Shown in pieces: positions 8,958-19,217 of a stretch of 64,000 nt of DNA. Made by a program: the position numbers and the translations under genes. Under the pieces are notes generated by a model that saw only the letters and a list, made by a program, of their open reading frames with translations, was not told the origin of the DNA and did no database searches. The stretch spans positions 6,095 to 70,094 of the forward strand of contig CAZJNH010000006.1 of NCBI GenBank assembly GCA_964547425.1, in the 5' to 3' direction. How positions within the stretch are numbered: the stretch's first letter is position 1; each line of letters opens with the position of its first letter. The stretch comes from an uncultured Candidatus Saccharibacteria bacterium. GTDB lineage: Bacteria > Patescibacteriota > Saccharimonadia > UBA4664 > CAZJNH01.

Positions 8958-8961
8958 GAAG

Positions 8962-9040
8962 TTGTAATTCGCTAACCTGAAAAGGGTTACACCCTTAACA
9001 GATTGGAAAATTACAAGTTTTGGGAAAATTGAGTCAAATT
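8962..9040. repeat. 80-nt intergenic repeat, copy 1 (partner 51477..51557)
   Basis: about 90% identical to 51477..51557; contains the AAGGGT-tac-ACCCTT hairpin and the TTTGACTCAA core (minus strand); starts 2 nt after the stop of the 9043..9375 gene. Confidence 0.7.
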
Positions 9041-9042
9041 GG

Positions 9043-9375
9043 CTATTCGAGGTCGAAGGCGAGGAGACCTTGGGTGGCGATTTTTTCTTTGTAGCCTGGA
9101 AAACTGTAGTAGATTGCTTCAGCTTCTTTGAGGGTTTTGGTGCCGGGCATGATAGTTTCTTGCGGGATCGTATCGAGCAGGGATTTGATGTCGGAAAAGT
9201 GCTGGACGGACTTTACGGTCTTCATCGCCGAATCTTTGCCACAAACGACGGTGATTTTGTCACCGGCCTTGACTACCTGGAACTTAGAGGTTGCGGCGCG
9301 AGTTTCCACGCTTTTTGTGCCATTGACGACACTATCAAACTTATCTCGATCGACTTCGCGGAACCGGAGGATCAT
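9043..9375 (-). CDS. ASCH (PUA-like) domain protein
   Basis: 110 aa; N-terminal MILRFREVDRDKFDSVVNGTKSVETR resembles ASCH-domain N-termini; abuts secY. Confidence 0.45.
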   Translation of the reverse strand: MILRFREVDRDKFDSVVNGTKSVETRAATSKFQVVKAGDKITVVCGKDSAMKTVKSVQHFSDIKSLLDTIPQETIMPGTKTLKEAEAIYYSFPGYKEKIATQGLLAFDLE

Positions 9376-10689
9376 CTAGTACTTTTCGTAGGAGGTCATG
9401 ACGGCTTGGGACTGGATTTGGTTCATTGTTTCGATGGCGACCGAGACGACAATCAACAGACCGGTACCGCCGATGGTCAGTAGTGTGCGGTTGGTAAGTC
9501 TTTGCGCTATGAATGGTAAGAGCGCGATCACACCAAGTCCGGCAGCTCCGGCGAGGGTAATGCGGTTAACGACGCGGCGCAGATAGCTGGCGGTTTCTTT
9601 GCCAGGACGAACGCCGGGGATGAAACCACCTTGTTTTTGGAGGTTTTCGGCGATATCGTCAGGGTTAAATACGACCGAAGTATAAAAATACGTGAAGATC
9701 ACGACCAACGCGAAGTAGCTAACCGCGTAGACCATGCTGGTCGGTGAGAATAACGTACTGGCGCGCTGGGCGATCGAAGCAATGTGTGCGCTGTGGGCCT
9801 TGGCAAACAGCTGTCCCAAAAAGCCTGGAACAGATAGAAACGCAAGGGCAAAGATGATAGGAATAACACCCGCGAGGATGACTTTTAGCGGCAAATGAGT
9901 TTCGACTCCGCCATAGACGCGGCTGCCTCTGACCCTGCGCGCGTAGGAGACCGGGACATTCCGCTGGCCTTCGTTAAGTAACACCACGAAGGCGATAACT
10001 ACCACAGTCGCGACCGCGAATAAGATCAACTGCAGCGACGTGCCGCTATCGGTCTTCGCTAACTGAATGAACTGGCCAAACTGGGACGGTAAACGCGAAA
10101 CGATTCCGGCAAAAATAAGCAGCGAAATACCGTTGCCGATACCTTGCTCGGTAATAATTTCACCAATCCACATTAGCAGTAAGCTCCCGCCGGTGATCGC
10201 CGAGATCATAACCACCCATTGGAATAGATCCGGATGGCCGATGAGGTCAATTTGGAGCTGGCTTTTACTGGCCTGCTGAATCAGAAAAACCATACCGAAC
10301 GACTGCAAGATAGCCAGAGGTACGGTTAAAAGCCGGGTGTATTGGTTAATCTTCTGCCGCCCGGCTTCCCCTTCCTTACTCAAGGCTTCCATCTGAGGGA
10401 TCACCTGCTGCATCAGCTGCATAATAATTGAGGCGTTAATGTACGGCGCCACACCCATCATGACGATCGAGAAGCTGGTTAAAGCTCCCCCAGAAAATAA
10501 ATCGGCAAAGCCAAGCAGCTGGTTCGAGGAAAACAGTCGTTGCAGGAAGTTGGCTAAAGCCGCGTTGTCAGGAACCGGCACCGGCACGTGGGCCAGCAAT
10601 CGGAATAAAATCAACAAGGCGCCGACGATTAACAGGCGCTTTCGGAGCATCTTGGACCGCAGGATCTGTTTGATGCTGGCTAAATTCAT
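9376..10689 (-). CDS. secY: Preprotein translocase subunit SecY
   Basis: 437 aa polytopic membrane protein after rplO. Confidence 0.95.
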   Translation of the reverse strand: MNLASIKQILRSKMLRKRLLIVGALLILFRLLAHVPVPVPDNAALANFLQRLFSSNQLLGFADLFSGGALTSFSIVMMGVAPYINASIIMQLMQQVIPQMEALSKEGEAGRQKINQYTRLLTVPLAILQSFGMVFLIQQASKSQLQIDLIGHPDLFQWVVMISAITGGSLLLMWIGEIITEQGIGNGISLLIFAGIVSRLPSQFGQFIQLAKTDSGTSLQLILFAVATVVVIAFVVLLNEGQRNVPVSYARRVRGSRVYGGVETHLPLKVILAGVIPIIFALAFLSVPGFLGQLFAKAHSAHIASIAQRASTLFSPTSMVYAVSYFALVVIFTYFYTSVVFNPDDIAENLQKQGGFIPGVRPGKETASYLRRVVNRITLAGAAGLGVIALLPFIAQRLTNRTLLTIGGTGLLIVVSVAIETMNQIQSQAVMTSYEKY

Positions 10690-10697
10690 TGGCTCGC

Positions 10698-11135
10698 TTA
10701 CTTAATTAACTCTACTTTACCACCAGCTTTTTCGATTTTGGCTTTGGCGCTGGCGGAAATTGCGTTGAGTTTGACGGTAACGGCCTTTTTGATCTCGCCG
10801 TCGCCTAGTAGCTTGACTGGCTTGTCTTCATCGGGCACGTAGCCAGCTGCGGCTAAGACCTTGGCATCAACACTGGCTTTGCCCAGTTTCTCGAGAATAG
10901 TAAGGTTTACGACCTGGAATTTGACCTGCAGATGCGGTTTAAATCCGCGTTTTTTAGGCAGCCGGCGATACAGTGGATTCTGTCCTCCTTCAAATCCAGG
11001 GCGAACTCCTCCGCCAGTGCGGGCGTTTTGGCCTTTGGTACCACGTCCGGCGGTTTTCCCTTTACCGGAACCGATTCCGCGGCCAACGCGTTTGCCAGGT
11101 GATCTTGCTGTAACTTTTAACTCGTGGACTTTCAT
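10698..11135 (-). CDS. rplO: 50S ribosomal protein uL15
   Basis: 145 aa; Gly/Arg-rich N-terminus typical of L15; follows rpsE directly, with no rpmD. Confidence 0.92.
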   Translation of the reverse strand: MKVHELKVTARSPGKRVGRGIGSGKGKTAGRGTKGQNARTGGGVRPGFEGGQNPLYRRLPKKRGFKPHLQVKFQVVNLTILEKLGKASVDAKVLAAAGYVPDEDKPVKLLGDGEIKKAVTVKLNAISASAKAKIEKAGGKVELIK

Positions 11136-11743
11136 TTCGTTGCCTTCTTCGTTGCAGTTTGCTTAGTAGCTGGTTTCTTCTTCGGAGCAGCTTTTTTAAC
11201 CGCTTTTGGCTTGGTTTCTGTCTTGTCTTCTACTATTTCAGCCGGTACTTCCTCGACTGTCTTTTCAGCCTTCGGTTTGCCACCCGGCATCGGACCCAGC
11301 TGTTTTAGGCTCGTTAGGGCCTCAAAGGTCGCATATGCAGTGTTAACTTTGTTGCTTGAACCGAGCGATTTGGTCAGCAGGTCGCGAATTCCGGCAGCCT
11401 CGACAACGTTACGGACCGCGCCGCCGGCTATTACCCCTGTTCCGGGAGAAGCTGGCTTCAAAAGCACCACAGCACCGGAGAAGGTGACTTGGATTTCGTG
11501 CGGAATCGTCCCTTCGTGAAGTTCAATCTTTACCATACTGCGCTTGGCGCGAGTGGTAGCTTTGGCGATCGAGGTCATTACCTCGCCGCCCTTACCGACT
11601 CCCACGCCGACCTTACCGGCACCGTCACCAACTACGACTGTAGTACGGAAACGGAAACGGCGGCCGCCTTTAACCACCCGAGAGACGCGGTCAATCGAGA
11701 TAACTTTTTCTTCAAATAGTGACGGTTCACGTACAGGAGGCAT
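11132..11743 (-). CDS. rpsE: 30S ribosomal protein uS5 with Lys/Ala-rich C-terminal tail
   Basis: 203 aa; S5 dsRBD plus C-terminal domain, then a roughly 40 aa KPKA-rich tail. Confidence 0.92.
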   Translation of the reverse strand: MPPVREPSLFEEKVISIDRVSRVVKGGRRFRFRTTVVVGDGAGKVGVGVGKGGEVMTSIAKATTRAKRSMVKIELHEGTIPHEIQVTFSGAVVLLKPASPGTGVIAGGAVRNVVEAAGIRDLLTKSLGSSNKVNTAYATFEALTSLKQLGPMPGGKPKAEKTVEEVPAEIVEDKTETKPKAVKKAAPKKKPATKQTATKKATK

Positions 11744-12108
11744 TAGAACTCCAATCCATTCTTACGGGCCGCTTGGGCCAGCGCGTCGAGCCGGGCGTGG
11801 TATTTTTTGCCGCCGCGGTCGAACACAACTTGCTTAATCTTACCCTTCGAGGCGACTTTGGCAATCTCAGCTCCGGCCCATTCGGCTTTAGCCTTCAAGC
11901 TACCTGGGGTTTTAGTGTTTACAGTCGACACAAACCCCAAGGTTTTGCCCTCGGCATCATCAATCAGCTGCGCAACCACGTTTTTGTTACTAACGTGTAC
12001 AGACAAACGAGGACGCTCGGCCGTTCCAGTGAACCGACTGCGGGTGCGAATGACCCGACGCTTGGTTTGATTCAGCTTTAACTTCTGTTCTTTTAGCATA
12101 TTAAGCAC
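11743..12108 (-). CDS. rplR: 50S ribosomal protein uL18
   Basis: 121 aa; L18 family. Confidence 0.92.
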   Translation of the reverse strand: MLNMLKEQKLKLNQTKRRVIRTRSRFTGTAERPRLSVHVSNKNVVAQLIDDAEGKTLGFVSTVNTKTPGSLKAKAEWAGAEIAKVASKGKIKQVVFDRGGKKYHARLDALAQAARKNGLEF

Positions 12109-12640
12109 CTTTCACCGCAGTCTTACCGGCCTTACGCCGTACCTGCTCACCGACAAAGCGGATACCTTTGCCTTTATAGGGTTCAGGTTTCCGGAATTTA
12201 CGGATGTCGGCAGCGGTTTGCCCAACCAGGTATTTGTTGGCTCCGGAGATAGTAATGATGTTTTTTTCGACCTTTGCGTCAATGCCTTCCGGAAGCGGAA
12301 ATTCGATCGGGTGGGAAAAGCCAAGCTGCAAGGTTAAGTTATTCGGCGCAGCCGCGGCCCTGTAACCAACACCATGGATCTCCAGACTTTTAGAAAAACC
12401 TTCGCTGACGCCTTTTACCATATTGGCGATCAAGGTTCTGACCAACCCATAGCGGCTGACGCCTTCCGGACCTCTGCCTTGCTCAACGATTACCGTCTCG
12501 CCCTCTTGCTTAATCTTTACTCCCGAAGGAATCTTCATCTCAAGCGAGCCTAAACTGCCGTTAACCTTAACGATCGACGGGCTAAGCTCAACGGTGACGC
12601 CGGCGGGAACGGTAATCGGTTGTCGGCCAATTCTACTCAT
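12101..12640 (-). CDS. rplF: 50S ribosomal protein uL6
   Basis: 179 aa; L6 two-domain protein. Confidence 0.92.
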   Translation of the reverse strand: MSRIGRQPITVPAGVTVELSPSIVKVNGSLGSLEMKIPSGVKIKQEGETVIVEQGRGPEGVSRYGLVRTLIANMVKGVSEGFSKSLEIHGVGYRAAAAPNNLTLQLGFSHPIEFPLPEGIDAKVEKNIITISGANKYLVGQTAADIRKFRKPEPYKGKGIRFVGEQVRRKAGKTAVKGA

Positions 12641-12641
12641 C

Positions 12642-13046
12642 TTATTGCACCTTACAGATTAATTCGCCGCCGAGGCCTTTTTGCTTGGCTTCGTGGCCGC
12701 TCATTACGCCGTTTGAAGTCGAAACAATCACCAGTCCTCGGCCGTTTAGCGGACGGGGGATCTGGCCGGCTTTGGCGTAGAGCCGGCGGCCGGGGCGCGA
12801 CAACCGTGCCAACTCTTTAACCTTCGGCTGACCGTCCTGCTCGGCAAGGGTTAGTTTCAGGCTTTTAAACTTTTCACCGGTTTGTTCAATAGAGATAACG
12901 TAGCCGTTTTGCTTCAAGATGTCGGCGACAGAGGCTTTAAAGCGCGAGTAAGGTACCTCCACCTCGGTTCGGCCCAAGGCGGCGGCGTTGCGGATTCTAG
13001 TTAACATGTCGGAAATGGGGTCTGTAAACATATTCTTCCTTACCAA
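12642..13046 (-). CDS. rpsH: 30S ribosomal protein uS8
   Basis: 134 aa; [15 protein letters not shown] motif; the true start may be the internal Met at 13031. Confidence 0.9.
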   Translation of the reverse strand: MVRKNMFTDPISDMLTRIRNAAALGRTEVEVPYSRFKASVADILKQNGYVISIEQTGEKFKSLKLTLAEQDGQPKVKELARLSRPGRRLYAKAGQIPRPLNGRGLVIVSTSNGVMSGHEAKQKGLGGELICKVQ

Positions 13047-13225
13047 CTACTCTTAGTTACACCGGGCACTTCGCCGCGGCTGGCGTGTTCGCGGAAGCAA
13101 ATCCGGCAAAGCCCGAATTTTCGGATATACCCGTGAGGGCGGCCGCAAAGGCGGCAGCGGTTATGGGCACGTGTCGTAAACTTGGGTTTGCGCTGGGCTC
13201 TAACGATTTGTGATGTTTTAGCCAT
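13040..13225 (-). CDS. rpsN: 30S ribosomal protein uS14, zinc-binding (type Z)
   Basis: 61 aa; [20 protein letters not shown] Cys4 motif. Confidence 0.93.
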   Translation of the reverse strand: MAKTSQIVRAQRKPKFTTRAHNRCRLCGRPHGYIRKFGLCRICFREHASRGEVPGVTKSSW

Positions 13226-13763
13226 TGTTGCTCCTAAATGGGAAGCCGAGGCCTTTTAACAGTTTCAAGGCTTCCTCGTCGGTTTTAGCGGTGGTAATGA
13301 TATTGACCTGCAGCCCAGCACTACCGCCTTCAGAGCTGGAGGCTTCGGGAAAGATCCCCAAATCGGAAACTCCCAGGCTGAACCCGCCTCGGCCGTCGAA
13401 GGCCTCGGGGTTAAGACCGCGAAAGTCGCGGATGCGGGGCAAAACCACGCTGACCAGCCGGTCGATAAACTCAAACGCTCGCTCGCCCCTTAGGGTGACC
13501 ATAGTGCCGATAGCTTGGCCATCGCGAATTTTAAATCCGGCAATACTCTTTTTGGCTTTAGTTGTAACCGGAGCTTGGCCGGCAATTTTGGCTAGTGACT
13601 CCTTAGCGGCATCGAGTAGCTTAGAATCCGAAGTCGCCAGGCCGACGCCGATATTGAGTACCACTTTGACGACCATTGGCACCTCATGCGCGTTTTTATA
13701 GCTGAACTCGCTAGTCAGCTCTTTTTTCACCGTATCGTTATATTTAGTTAGAAGCCTATTCAT
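13218..13763 (-). CDS. rplE: 50S ribosomal protein uL5 (start trimmed to [10 protein letters not shown]…)
   Basis: The ORF track's 212 aa overlaps rplX by about 100 nt; the conserved L5 N-terminus begins at the internal Met; ATGA overlap with the rplX stop. Confidence 0.88.
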   Translation of the reverse strand: MNRLLTKYNDTVKKELTSEFSYKNAHEVPMVVKVVLNIGVGLATSDSKLLDAAKESLAKIAGQAPVTTKAKKSIAGFKIRDGQAIGTMVTLRGERAFEFIDRLVSVVLPRIRDFRGLNPEAFDGRGGFSLGVSDLGIFPEASSSEGGSAGLQVNIITTAKTDEEALKLLKGLGFPFRSNNG

Positions 13764-14068
13764 GAAATTACCTTCTGGCATTTGCGGCAAACCCGCTGTT
13801 TTTGTGTACCTTTGATAATGTAACCAATTCGGGTTGGCTTTTTGCAGTTCGGACATACTAGGGCCACCTTACCGGCGGCTAACGGTAACGCTTTTTCAAC
13901 GATGCCTCCGCGCGGGCTCGTTTGTGTCGGTTTGGTGTGGCGTTTAACTACTGAGATACCTTCGACTACCAATTGAGAGGTCCGAGGCAGGGTAGCCACA
14001 ACTTTGCCGGTTTTACCTTTGTCTTTACCGGTTAAAACGATCACGTTGTCCGCTTTTTTGAGTTTCAC
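13760..14068 (-). CDS. rplX: 50S ribosomal protein uL24 with C-terminal Cys4 (CPNC…CRKC) zinc-ribbon-like variant
   Basis: 102 aa; KOW N-terminus; C-terminal [32 protein letters not shown] where L24 normally has no cysteines. Confidence 0.9.
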   Translation of the reverse strand: MKLKKADNVIVLTGKDKGKTGKVVATLPRTSQLVVEGISVVKRHTKPTQTSPRGGIVEKALPLAAGKVALVCPNCKKPTRIGYIIKGTQKQRVCRKCQKVIS

Positions 14069-14436
14069 TAGAGAACCTCCGGAGCAAGTGAAATAATCTT
14101 GCCATAACCGCGGTCGCGCAACTCACGCGCCACCGGGCCGAACACCCGGGTACCGCGCGGCTGGCTGGCGGCGTCGATAATGACGGCGGCGTTGTCGTCA
14201 AATTTAATGGTTGATCCGTCCGGTCGCTGGTAAGGCTTTCGGGTGCGTACAATGACGGCCCGGACGACCTCTTTTTTCTTCACTCCGGCTCCGGGAGTCG
14301 CGGTCTTAACACTAGCAATCACAACATCGCCTAGCCCTGCGTAGCGGCGTTTTGAACCGCCGAGTACCTTAAAGCACTCGATTTCGCGGGCACCGGAGTT
14401 GTCGGCTACTCGAAGCCAGGTTTCAGCTTGAATCAT
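14068..14436 (-). CDS. rplN: 50S ribosomal protein uL14
   Basis: 122 aa; [19 protein letters not shown]…. Confidence 0.95.
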   Translation of the reverse strand: MIQAETWLRVADNSGAREIECFKVLGGSKRRYAGLGDVVIASVKTATPGAGVKKKEVVRAVIVRTRKPYQRPDGSTIKFDDNAAVIIDAASQPRGTRVFGPVARELRDRGYGKIISLAPEVL

Positions 14437-14684
14437 ACCTGAGCCTCCTTAGCCGAAATCTTGCGGCTGACGGTCCAGCGCTTAGTGGCGCTCATTGGCC
14501 GGGTTTCGGTAATTTCAACGACGTCCCCAGTCTTGTACTCATCTTTTTCGTCGTGAGCCTTGAATTTAGAGGTCGCCTTGTACTTCTTCTGGTAGAGTGG
14601 ATGGGTTTTTTGGCGCACCACAGCCACCACCACAGTCTTTTGCATTTTGTCGGACACGATAGTCCCTTGCAGTCTCCTAGGCAC
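14433..14684 (-). CDS. rpsQ: 30S ribosomal protein uS17
   Basis: 83 aa; S17 OB fold. Confidence 0.93.
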   Translation of the reverse strand: MPRRLQGTIVSDKMQKTVVVAVVRQKTHPLYQKKYKATSKFKAHDEKDEYKTGDVVEITETRPMSATKRWTVSRKISAKEAQV

Positions 14685-14895
14685 TTTGGGCCTCCTTTTG
14701 GGTCTTGGCAGCCGTTTTCTGATTTTTGAACGTCAAAGCCCTTGCTAAGTCCTTTTTCAGGCTTTTAATTTGTTTGTCGTTGCTCGACTTGCGGCTAGAC
14801 AGGTCCAGGCGTGCTTGAGTTATCTTAGCCTGCAGTTCAGCGGCAAGTGTCGCCAGCTCGTTTGGGGTTTTAGTACTAATCTCTTTAGCCTTCAT
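14677..14895 (-). CDS. rpmC: 50S ribosomal protein uL29 (start trimmed to MKAKEIS…)
   Basis: The typical L29 N-terminus begins at the internal Met; the longer ORF would overlap rplP by 41 nt. Confidence 0.85.
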   Translation of the reverse strand: MKAKEISTKTPNELATLAAELQAKITQARLDLSSRKSSNDKQIKSLKKDLARALTFKNQKTAAKTQKEAQSA

Positions 14896-15316
14896 CTTTT
14901 TCTCCAGGGGTGTGGCGAACCACAAATTTAGTCTTAACCGATAGTTTGTGCGCGGCTAGGCGCATGGCTTCGCGAGCCACGTCTTCCTCCACGCCGTCCA
15001 TCTCAAATAGGATCCGGCCGGGGTGAACACGGGCGGTGTAATGCTCCAAACTACCCTTGCCGCCGCCCATTTTGACCTCATTTGGCTTTTTGGTGATAGG
15101 CGTGTGTGGGAATATGTTGATCCAGATTTTTCCACCACGTTTGACGTAGCGAGTCATCGCCCGGCGAGCAGCCTCGATTTGGCGAGAGCTGATGCGGTCG
15201 GCCTCCTCCGCCTTCAAACCGTAACGGCCGAAGCTAATCTCGTAGCCTCTCGGCGCCAAACCTTTGACGTTGCCTTTGAACTCCTTACGGTAGCGGGTTT
15301 TCTTTGGAATAAGCAT
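14885..15316 (-). CDS. rplP: 50S ribosomal protein uL16
   Basis: 143 aa; [11 protein letters not shown]…. Confidence 0.95.
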   Translation of the reverse strand: MLIPKKTRYRKEFKGNVKGLAPRGYEISFGRYGLKAEEADRISSRQIEAARRAMTRYVKRGGKIWINIFPHTPITKKPNEVKMGGGKGSLEHYTARVHPGRILFEMDGVEEDVAREAMRLAAHKLSVKTKFVVRHTPGEKDEG

Positions 15317-15981
15317 TACAGAGCCTCCGCCGCCGGTTTAGTTTCGGCCTTTTCTTTGAATTTTTCACCTTTATAGATCCAAACCTTCACACCGATAATT
15401 CCGTAGGTGGTGCGGGCTAAGGCCTGGCCGAAGTCGATATCGGCTCGGATGGTGTGCAAAGGAATCGAGCCGGCAGCCGCGGTTTCGCGGCGAGCCAGTT
15501 CAGATCCGCCTAAACGGCCGCCAACCCGAACCTTGACGCCTTTAGCGCCGGCCTTCATTGAGTTCTCAACCGACATTCGGATGGCACGGCGGAAGGAAAT
15601 ACGGCGTTCTAGCTGAGAAGCGATGTTTTCGGCCACTAATAGGGCGGAAAGTTCCGGCTTGCGGACTTCTTCGACGCTAATCTTGATCGGTGACGAAGTG
15701 ACCTTGGTAACAACTTTTTTGAGTTCATCGGTTCCGGAACCGCCGCGGCCAATCACAATACCGGGTTTTGAGGTGTGGATAGTGATTTGAACCTGGTTAG
15801 GCGAGCGCTCGATGTCGATTCTGGCCGCACCGGCCCGTTTGCCTAACTTATCTTCGATCGCGCGGCGAATTTTGATGTCTTCTACCAGATAATCGGCGTA
15901 CTCTTTGCCGGCAAACCATTTACTTTTCCAGTCGTGGTCGAAGTTGAGGCGGAAACTCTTCGGATTTATCTTGTGACCCAC
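15316..15981 (-). CDS. rpsC: 30S ribosomal protein uS3
   Basis: 221 aa; [12 protein letters not shown]… KH domain. Confidence 0.95.
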   Translation of the reverse strand: MGHKINPKSFRLNFDHDWKSKWFAGKEYADYLVEDIKIRRAIEDKLGKRAGAARIDIERSPNQVQITIHTSKPGIVIGRGGSGTDELKKVVTKVTSSPIKISVEEVRKPELSALLVAENIASQLERRISFRRAIRMSVENSMKAGAKGVKVRVGGRLGGSELARRETAAAGSIPLHTIRADIDFGQALARTTYGIIGVKVWIYKGEKFKEKAETKPAAEAL

Positions 15982-16424
15982 TACTTAGCCTCCTTCTTAG
16001 GCTTCGCCTTAGGCATCGGCTTCAAACTCGAAGAGCTAAGATCTAAGTCCGAAGTCGTTGCCTTAGAGTTTAGTTCTTGATTCTTAGGACTTACGTCATC
16101 CGTCAGGATGACGGTAATGTGGCTTGAGTACTTCAGTAAAGGATAAGCGGCGCCCCGGGCTTTGGGCCGAAAGCGCTTAAAGGTTGGGCCGGGTCCGACT
16201 AAAACCTTCTCAACGGTTAAATCAGCGGCTTTCAGGCCGTGGTTATTGGTCGCATTGGCGGCGGCTGAGTTGAGGGCTTTGGCGATAATCCCGGCGGCTC
16301 GCTGAGGGGTGAACTCGAGGATGGTTTTGGCCTGCTCAACGCTTTTACCCTGAACCAAAACGGCAACCGGGCTTACCTTGCGCGGCGAAATTCGTACGGC
16401 CTGGGCTTTTGCTAGGGCTTTCAT
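15981..16424 (-). CDS. rplV: 50S ribosomal protein uL22
   Basis: 147 aa; L22 family with an extended C-terminal tail. Confidence 0.92.
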   Translation of the reverse strand: MKALAKAQAVRISPRKVSPVAVLVQGKSVEQAKTILEFTPQRAAGIIAKALNSAAANATNNHGLKAADLTVEKVLVGPGPTFKRFRPKARGAAYPLLKYSSHITVILTDDVSPKNQELNSKATTSDLDLSSSSLKPMPKAKPKKEAK

Positions 16425-16741
16425 GATTTGTCTCCTGTTGGCGCACTGGGTACGCTAGGAGCTAAGGTAGCGGACTCCTTAGCCAACTTGCCGCCGTGGC
16501 TGCGGAACTTACGGGTAGGCGCAAACTCACCGAGCTTGTGTCCAACCATATTTTCCGTAACGTAAACCGGGATGTGGATTTTGCCGTTATGAACCGCGAT
16601 CGTAAAACCAACCATTTCAGGCGAAATAGTGGAGTGGCGGGCCCAAGTTTTAACCACAGTTTTGTCACCCACGGTTAAGGCGCCAATTTTCTTGGCCAGC
16701 TTTGGATCGACGTACGGTCCTTTTTTGAGTGAACGGCTCAT
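16421..16741 (-). CDS. rpsS: 30S ribosomal protein uS19
   Basis: 106 aa; [12 protein letters not shown]… HNGK…[12 protein letters not shown]. Confidence 0.95.
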   Translation of the reverse strand: MSRSLKKGPYVDPKLAKKIGALTVGDKTVVKTWARHSTISPEMVGFTIAVHNGKIHIPVYVTENMVGHKLGEFAPTRKFRSHGGKLAKESATLAPSVPSAPTGDKS

Positions 16742-17578
16742 CTATCCTCTCCTCTTTTTACTGCGGGCGCGGACTATGTACTTAGAAGTCAGTTTGCGGC
16801 GGCGGGTTTTTAGTCCCAGCGCCGGCTTGCCCCAAGGGGTTTTCGGGTTCGAAAGGCCAATTGAGTTACCGCCTTCACCACCACCGTGAGGGTGATCGAC
16901 TGGGTTCATAGCCTTACCGCGAACCTGTGGGCGCTTACCCAGATGGCGTTTCCGGCCAGCGCCGCCATACTTTAAGTTCTGGTGGTATTCGCGGCCAACG
17001 GTACCGATCGTGGCCATGCATTCGGCTCTAACCAGTCGGGTTTCACCACTGGGGAGCCTGATCTGCGCAAAGTCGCCCTCTTTGGCCGCTAGCTGGGCCT
17101 TGGCGCCGGCTGAGCGGACCAATTGGCCGCCTTTACCCGGGGTCAGCTCGATATTATACACACTCATACCGGCCGGGATAGCCGAAAGTGGCAAACGGTT
17201 TCCTGCGCGGACCTCTGAACCCATGCCGCTTTTGACGGTCTGGCCGGCTTTCATACCCGATCCAGCGATAATGTAAGCCTTACCGCCGCCTTCAATATCT
17301 ACAAGCGCGATGTTGGCTGAGCGATTGGGGTCGTATTCGATGGCGACAATTTTGCCAACTAAGCCATCAGCCAAGCGGAAATCAACCAGGCGGGTATAGC
17401 GTTTAACGCCGCCGCCGCGATGGCGAACGGTGATTTTACCCTGGGCGTTACGGCCGGCAGTAGACTTTTTAGAAACAATCAAAGACTTTTCCGGACGCTT
17501 TTTGGTCAGCTCGGCGTTGTCGGACAATACTTGGTGGCGCCGTCCCGGGGTAGTTGGCTTGTAGAGTTTTAGCGCCAT
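16742..17578 (-). CDS. rplB: 50S ribosomal protein uL2
   Basis: 278 aa; …HPHGGGEG… motif. Confidence 0.95.
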   Translation of the reverse strand: MALKLYKPTTPGRRHQVLSDNAELTKKRPEKSLIVSKKSTAGRNAQGKITVRHRGGGVKRYTRLVDFRLADGLVGKIVAIEYDPNRSANIALVDIEGGGKAYIIAGSGMKAGQTVKSGMGSEVRAGNRLPLSAIPAGMSVYNIELTPGKGGQLVRSAGAKAQLAAKEGDFAQIRLPSGETRLVRAECMATIGTVGREYHQNLKYGGAGRKRHLGKRPQVRGKAMNPVDHPHGGGEGGNSIGLSNPKTPWGKPALGLKTRRRKLTSKYIVRARSKKRRG

Positions 17579-17856
17579 TACTTCTTCTCCCCTTCTTCAA
17601 ACAGCGCAATACTTTGGCCTTTTTGCAGCTTCACATAGGCTTTTTTCTGGTCGGAGCGGCGGCCTTTGACCCGCTTAAAGGTCTTTTCTTTGCCGCGTTG
17701 GATCAACATATTGACCTCTTCGACCTTCACTTTAAAGGTGTCGGCAACGGCTTTGGCCACCTCGGGTTTTGTGGCGCTAGTGGGAACTTCAAAGACGTAC
17801 ACACCGCTAGAGGCTTGCTCTACGGCTTTTTCGCTGACCCTAGGCATTAACTTCAT
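17578..17856 (-). CDS. rplW: 50S ribosomal protein uL23
   Basis: 92 aa; L23 family. Confidence 0.9.
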   Translation of the reverse strand: MKLMPRVSEKAVEQASSGVYVFEVPTSATKPEVAKAVADTFKVKVEEVNMLIQRGKEKTFKRVKGRRSDQKKAYVKLQKGQSIALFEEGEKK

Positions 17857-18488
17857 TGTTTAGCCCCTAACCAGGCGACGGTTTTGTCCAGCGCTACTTT
17901 GGTAAAGATTATCAAATCAGCATTCAAAATACTGCGGGCGTTTAAGTAGGTGGCGGAAACTGTGTCAACATCGGCCAAATTGCGGGTAGCCCGGTCAAGC
18001 AGGTCACTTTTTGTCTCGAGAACTAACAATGTTTTGCCGGCGCCAATTTTCGCTAGCAACTTGGCAATCGGCTGAGTCTTTCCGTCTTTACTATCCAGAT
18101 TCTCGATCACATGGACTCGACCTTCGTTGGCCTGGCCAGACAGCGCCTGGGCGGTCGCCAACCGCTTCATTTTGGTGGTCAATCTGATTGAGTGATTTTC
18201 CATTCCAGTAGGGCCGAAGGCAATGCCTCCGCCGCGCCAAACCGGATTACGTCGCGAACCCACCCGGGCTCGCCCGGTACCTTTTTGGCGCCACGGCTTT
18301 TTGCCGCCGCCGCGGACTTCGCCCCTGCGTAACGTCTTAGGTCCGGCTGTGCGGTCCTCGGCCTCGGAGGCCCGGTACGACAAGGATAGTAAATCGGCGT
18401 TGATTTCCAGACCGAAAACTTCCTTCGGCAGGTTCAGCTTGGCCTCTTTTTTGGCGCCAGTAGCGCTATAGGCAGTAGCTTTAGACAT
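17853..18488 (-). CDS. rplD: 50S ribosomal protein uL4
   Basis: 211 aa; L4 family. Confidence 0.93.
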   Translation of the reverse strand: MSKATAYSATGAKKEAKLNLPKEVFGLEINADLLSLSYRASEAEDRTAGPKTLRRGEVRGGGKKPWRQKGTGRARVGSRRNPVWRGGGIAFGPTGMENHSIRLTTKMKRLATAQALSGQANEGRVHVIENLDSKDGKTQPIAKLLAKIGAGKTLLVLETKSDLLDRATRNLADVDTVSATYLNARSILNADLIIFTKVALDKTVAWLGAKQ

Positions 18489-19089
18489 CTTCGCCTCGGA
18501 TAATCACATAACCTCGGTTTGGACCAGGAACCGCGCCTTTGATGGCCAATAAATTCTTATCAGTAACAACTTGCTCGATCTTTAATCCGCGGACGGTCGT
18601 TTGCTCGGCGCCCATGTGACCGGCCATTTTCTGGCCTTTGACGACGCGCATCGGGAAGATCGAGCCGATTGAACCTGGTTTGCGGTAGTTTTTGGAGCCA
18701 TGGGTCTTTGGACCGCGAGCGAAGTTGTGGCGTTTAATCGTACCCGCGAAACCCTTACCTTTACTAACTCCGGTAATTTTAACCTTGTCGCCCGCCTCAA
18801 ATACGTCGCTTCCAACTTGGGATCCTACTTCAAGTTCATTGTCTTGAATTCGAATCTCACGCAAAAAGCTTGGGGTAGCATTGGCGGCTTTCAGGTGGCC
18901 CATCTGAGGCCGATTGTTTTTCTTGGCAGCACCAAAGCCCAGCTGAACAGCACTATAACCATCAGCGTCCTCGGTTTTGACCTGCGTAACTACACAAGGA
19001 CCAGCTTCGACTAAAGTCACCGGCACGGAGTTGCCGTCGGTGTCGAAGATCTTGGTCATTCCCAGTTTTCGTCCCAGTAAAGCCTTCAA
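18481..19089 (-). CDS. rplC: 50S ribosomal protein uL3 (TTG start)
   Basis: 202 aa; (M)KALLGRKLGMTKIFD…; start codon is TTG preceded by AAGGGA. Confidence 0.93.
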   Translation of the reverse strand: MKALLGRKLGMTKIFDTDGNSVPVTLVEAGPCVVTQVKTEDADGYSAVQLGFGAAKKNNRPQMGHLKAANATPSFLREIRIQDNELEVGSQVGSDVFEAGDKVKITGVSKGKGFAGTIKRHNFARGPKTHGSKNYRKPGSIGSIFPMRVVKGQKMAGHMGAEQTTVRGLKIEQVVTDKNLLAIKGAVPGPNRGYVIIRGEDV

Positions 19090-19217
19090 GTAATATCCCT
19101 TTTACCCCTCGACTACGCTCAGGGCTCTTCGAGCAAAATTAAAGCTGGTGAACCGCGGTTTCCTTCGACTTTGCTCAGGACCTGCTGGCTCGCCAGTGGG
19201 TTAATAGGTACCGAAGG

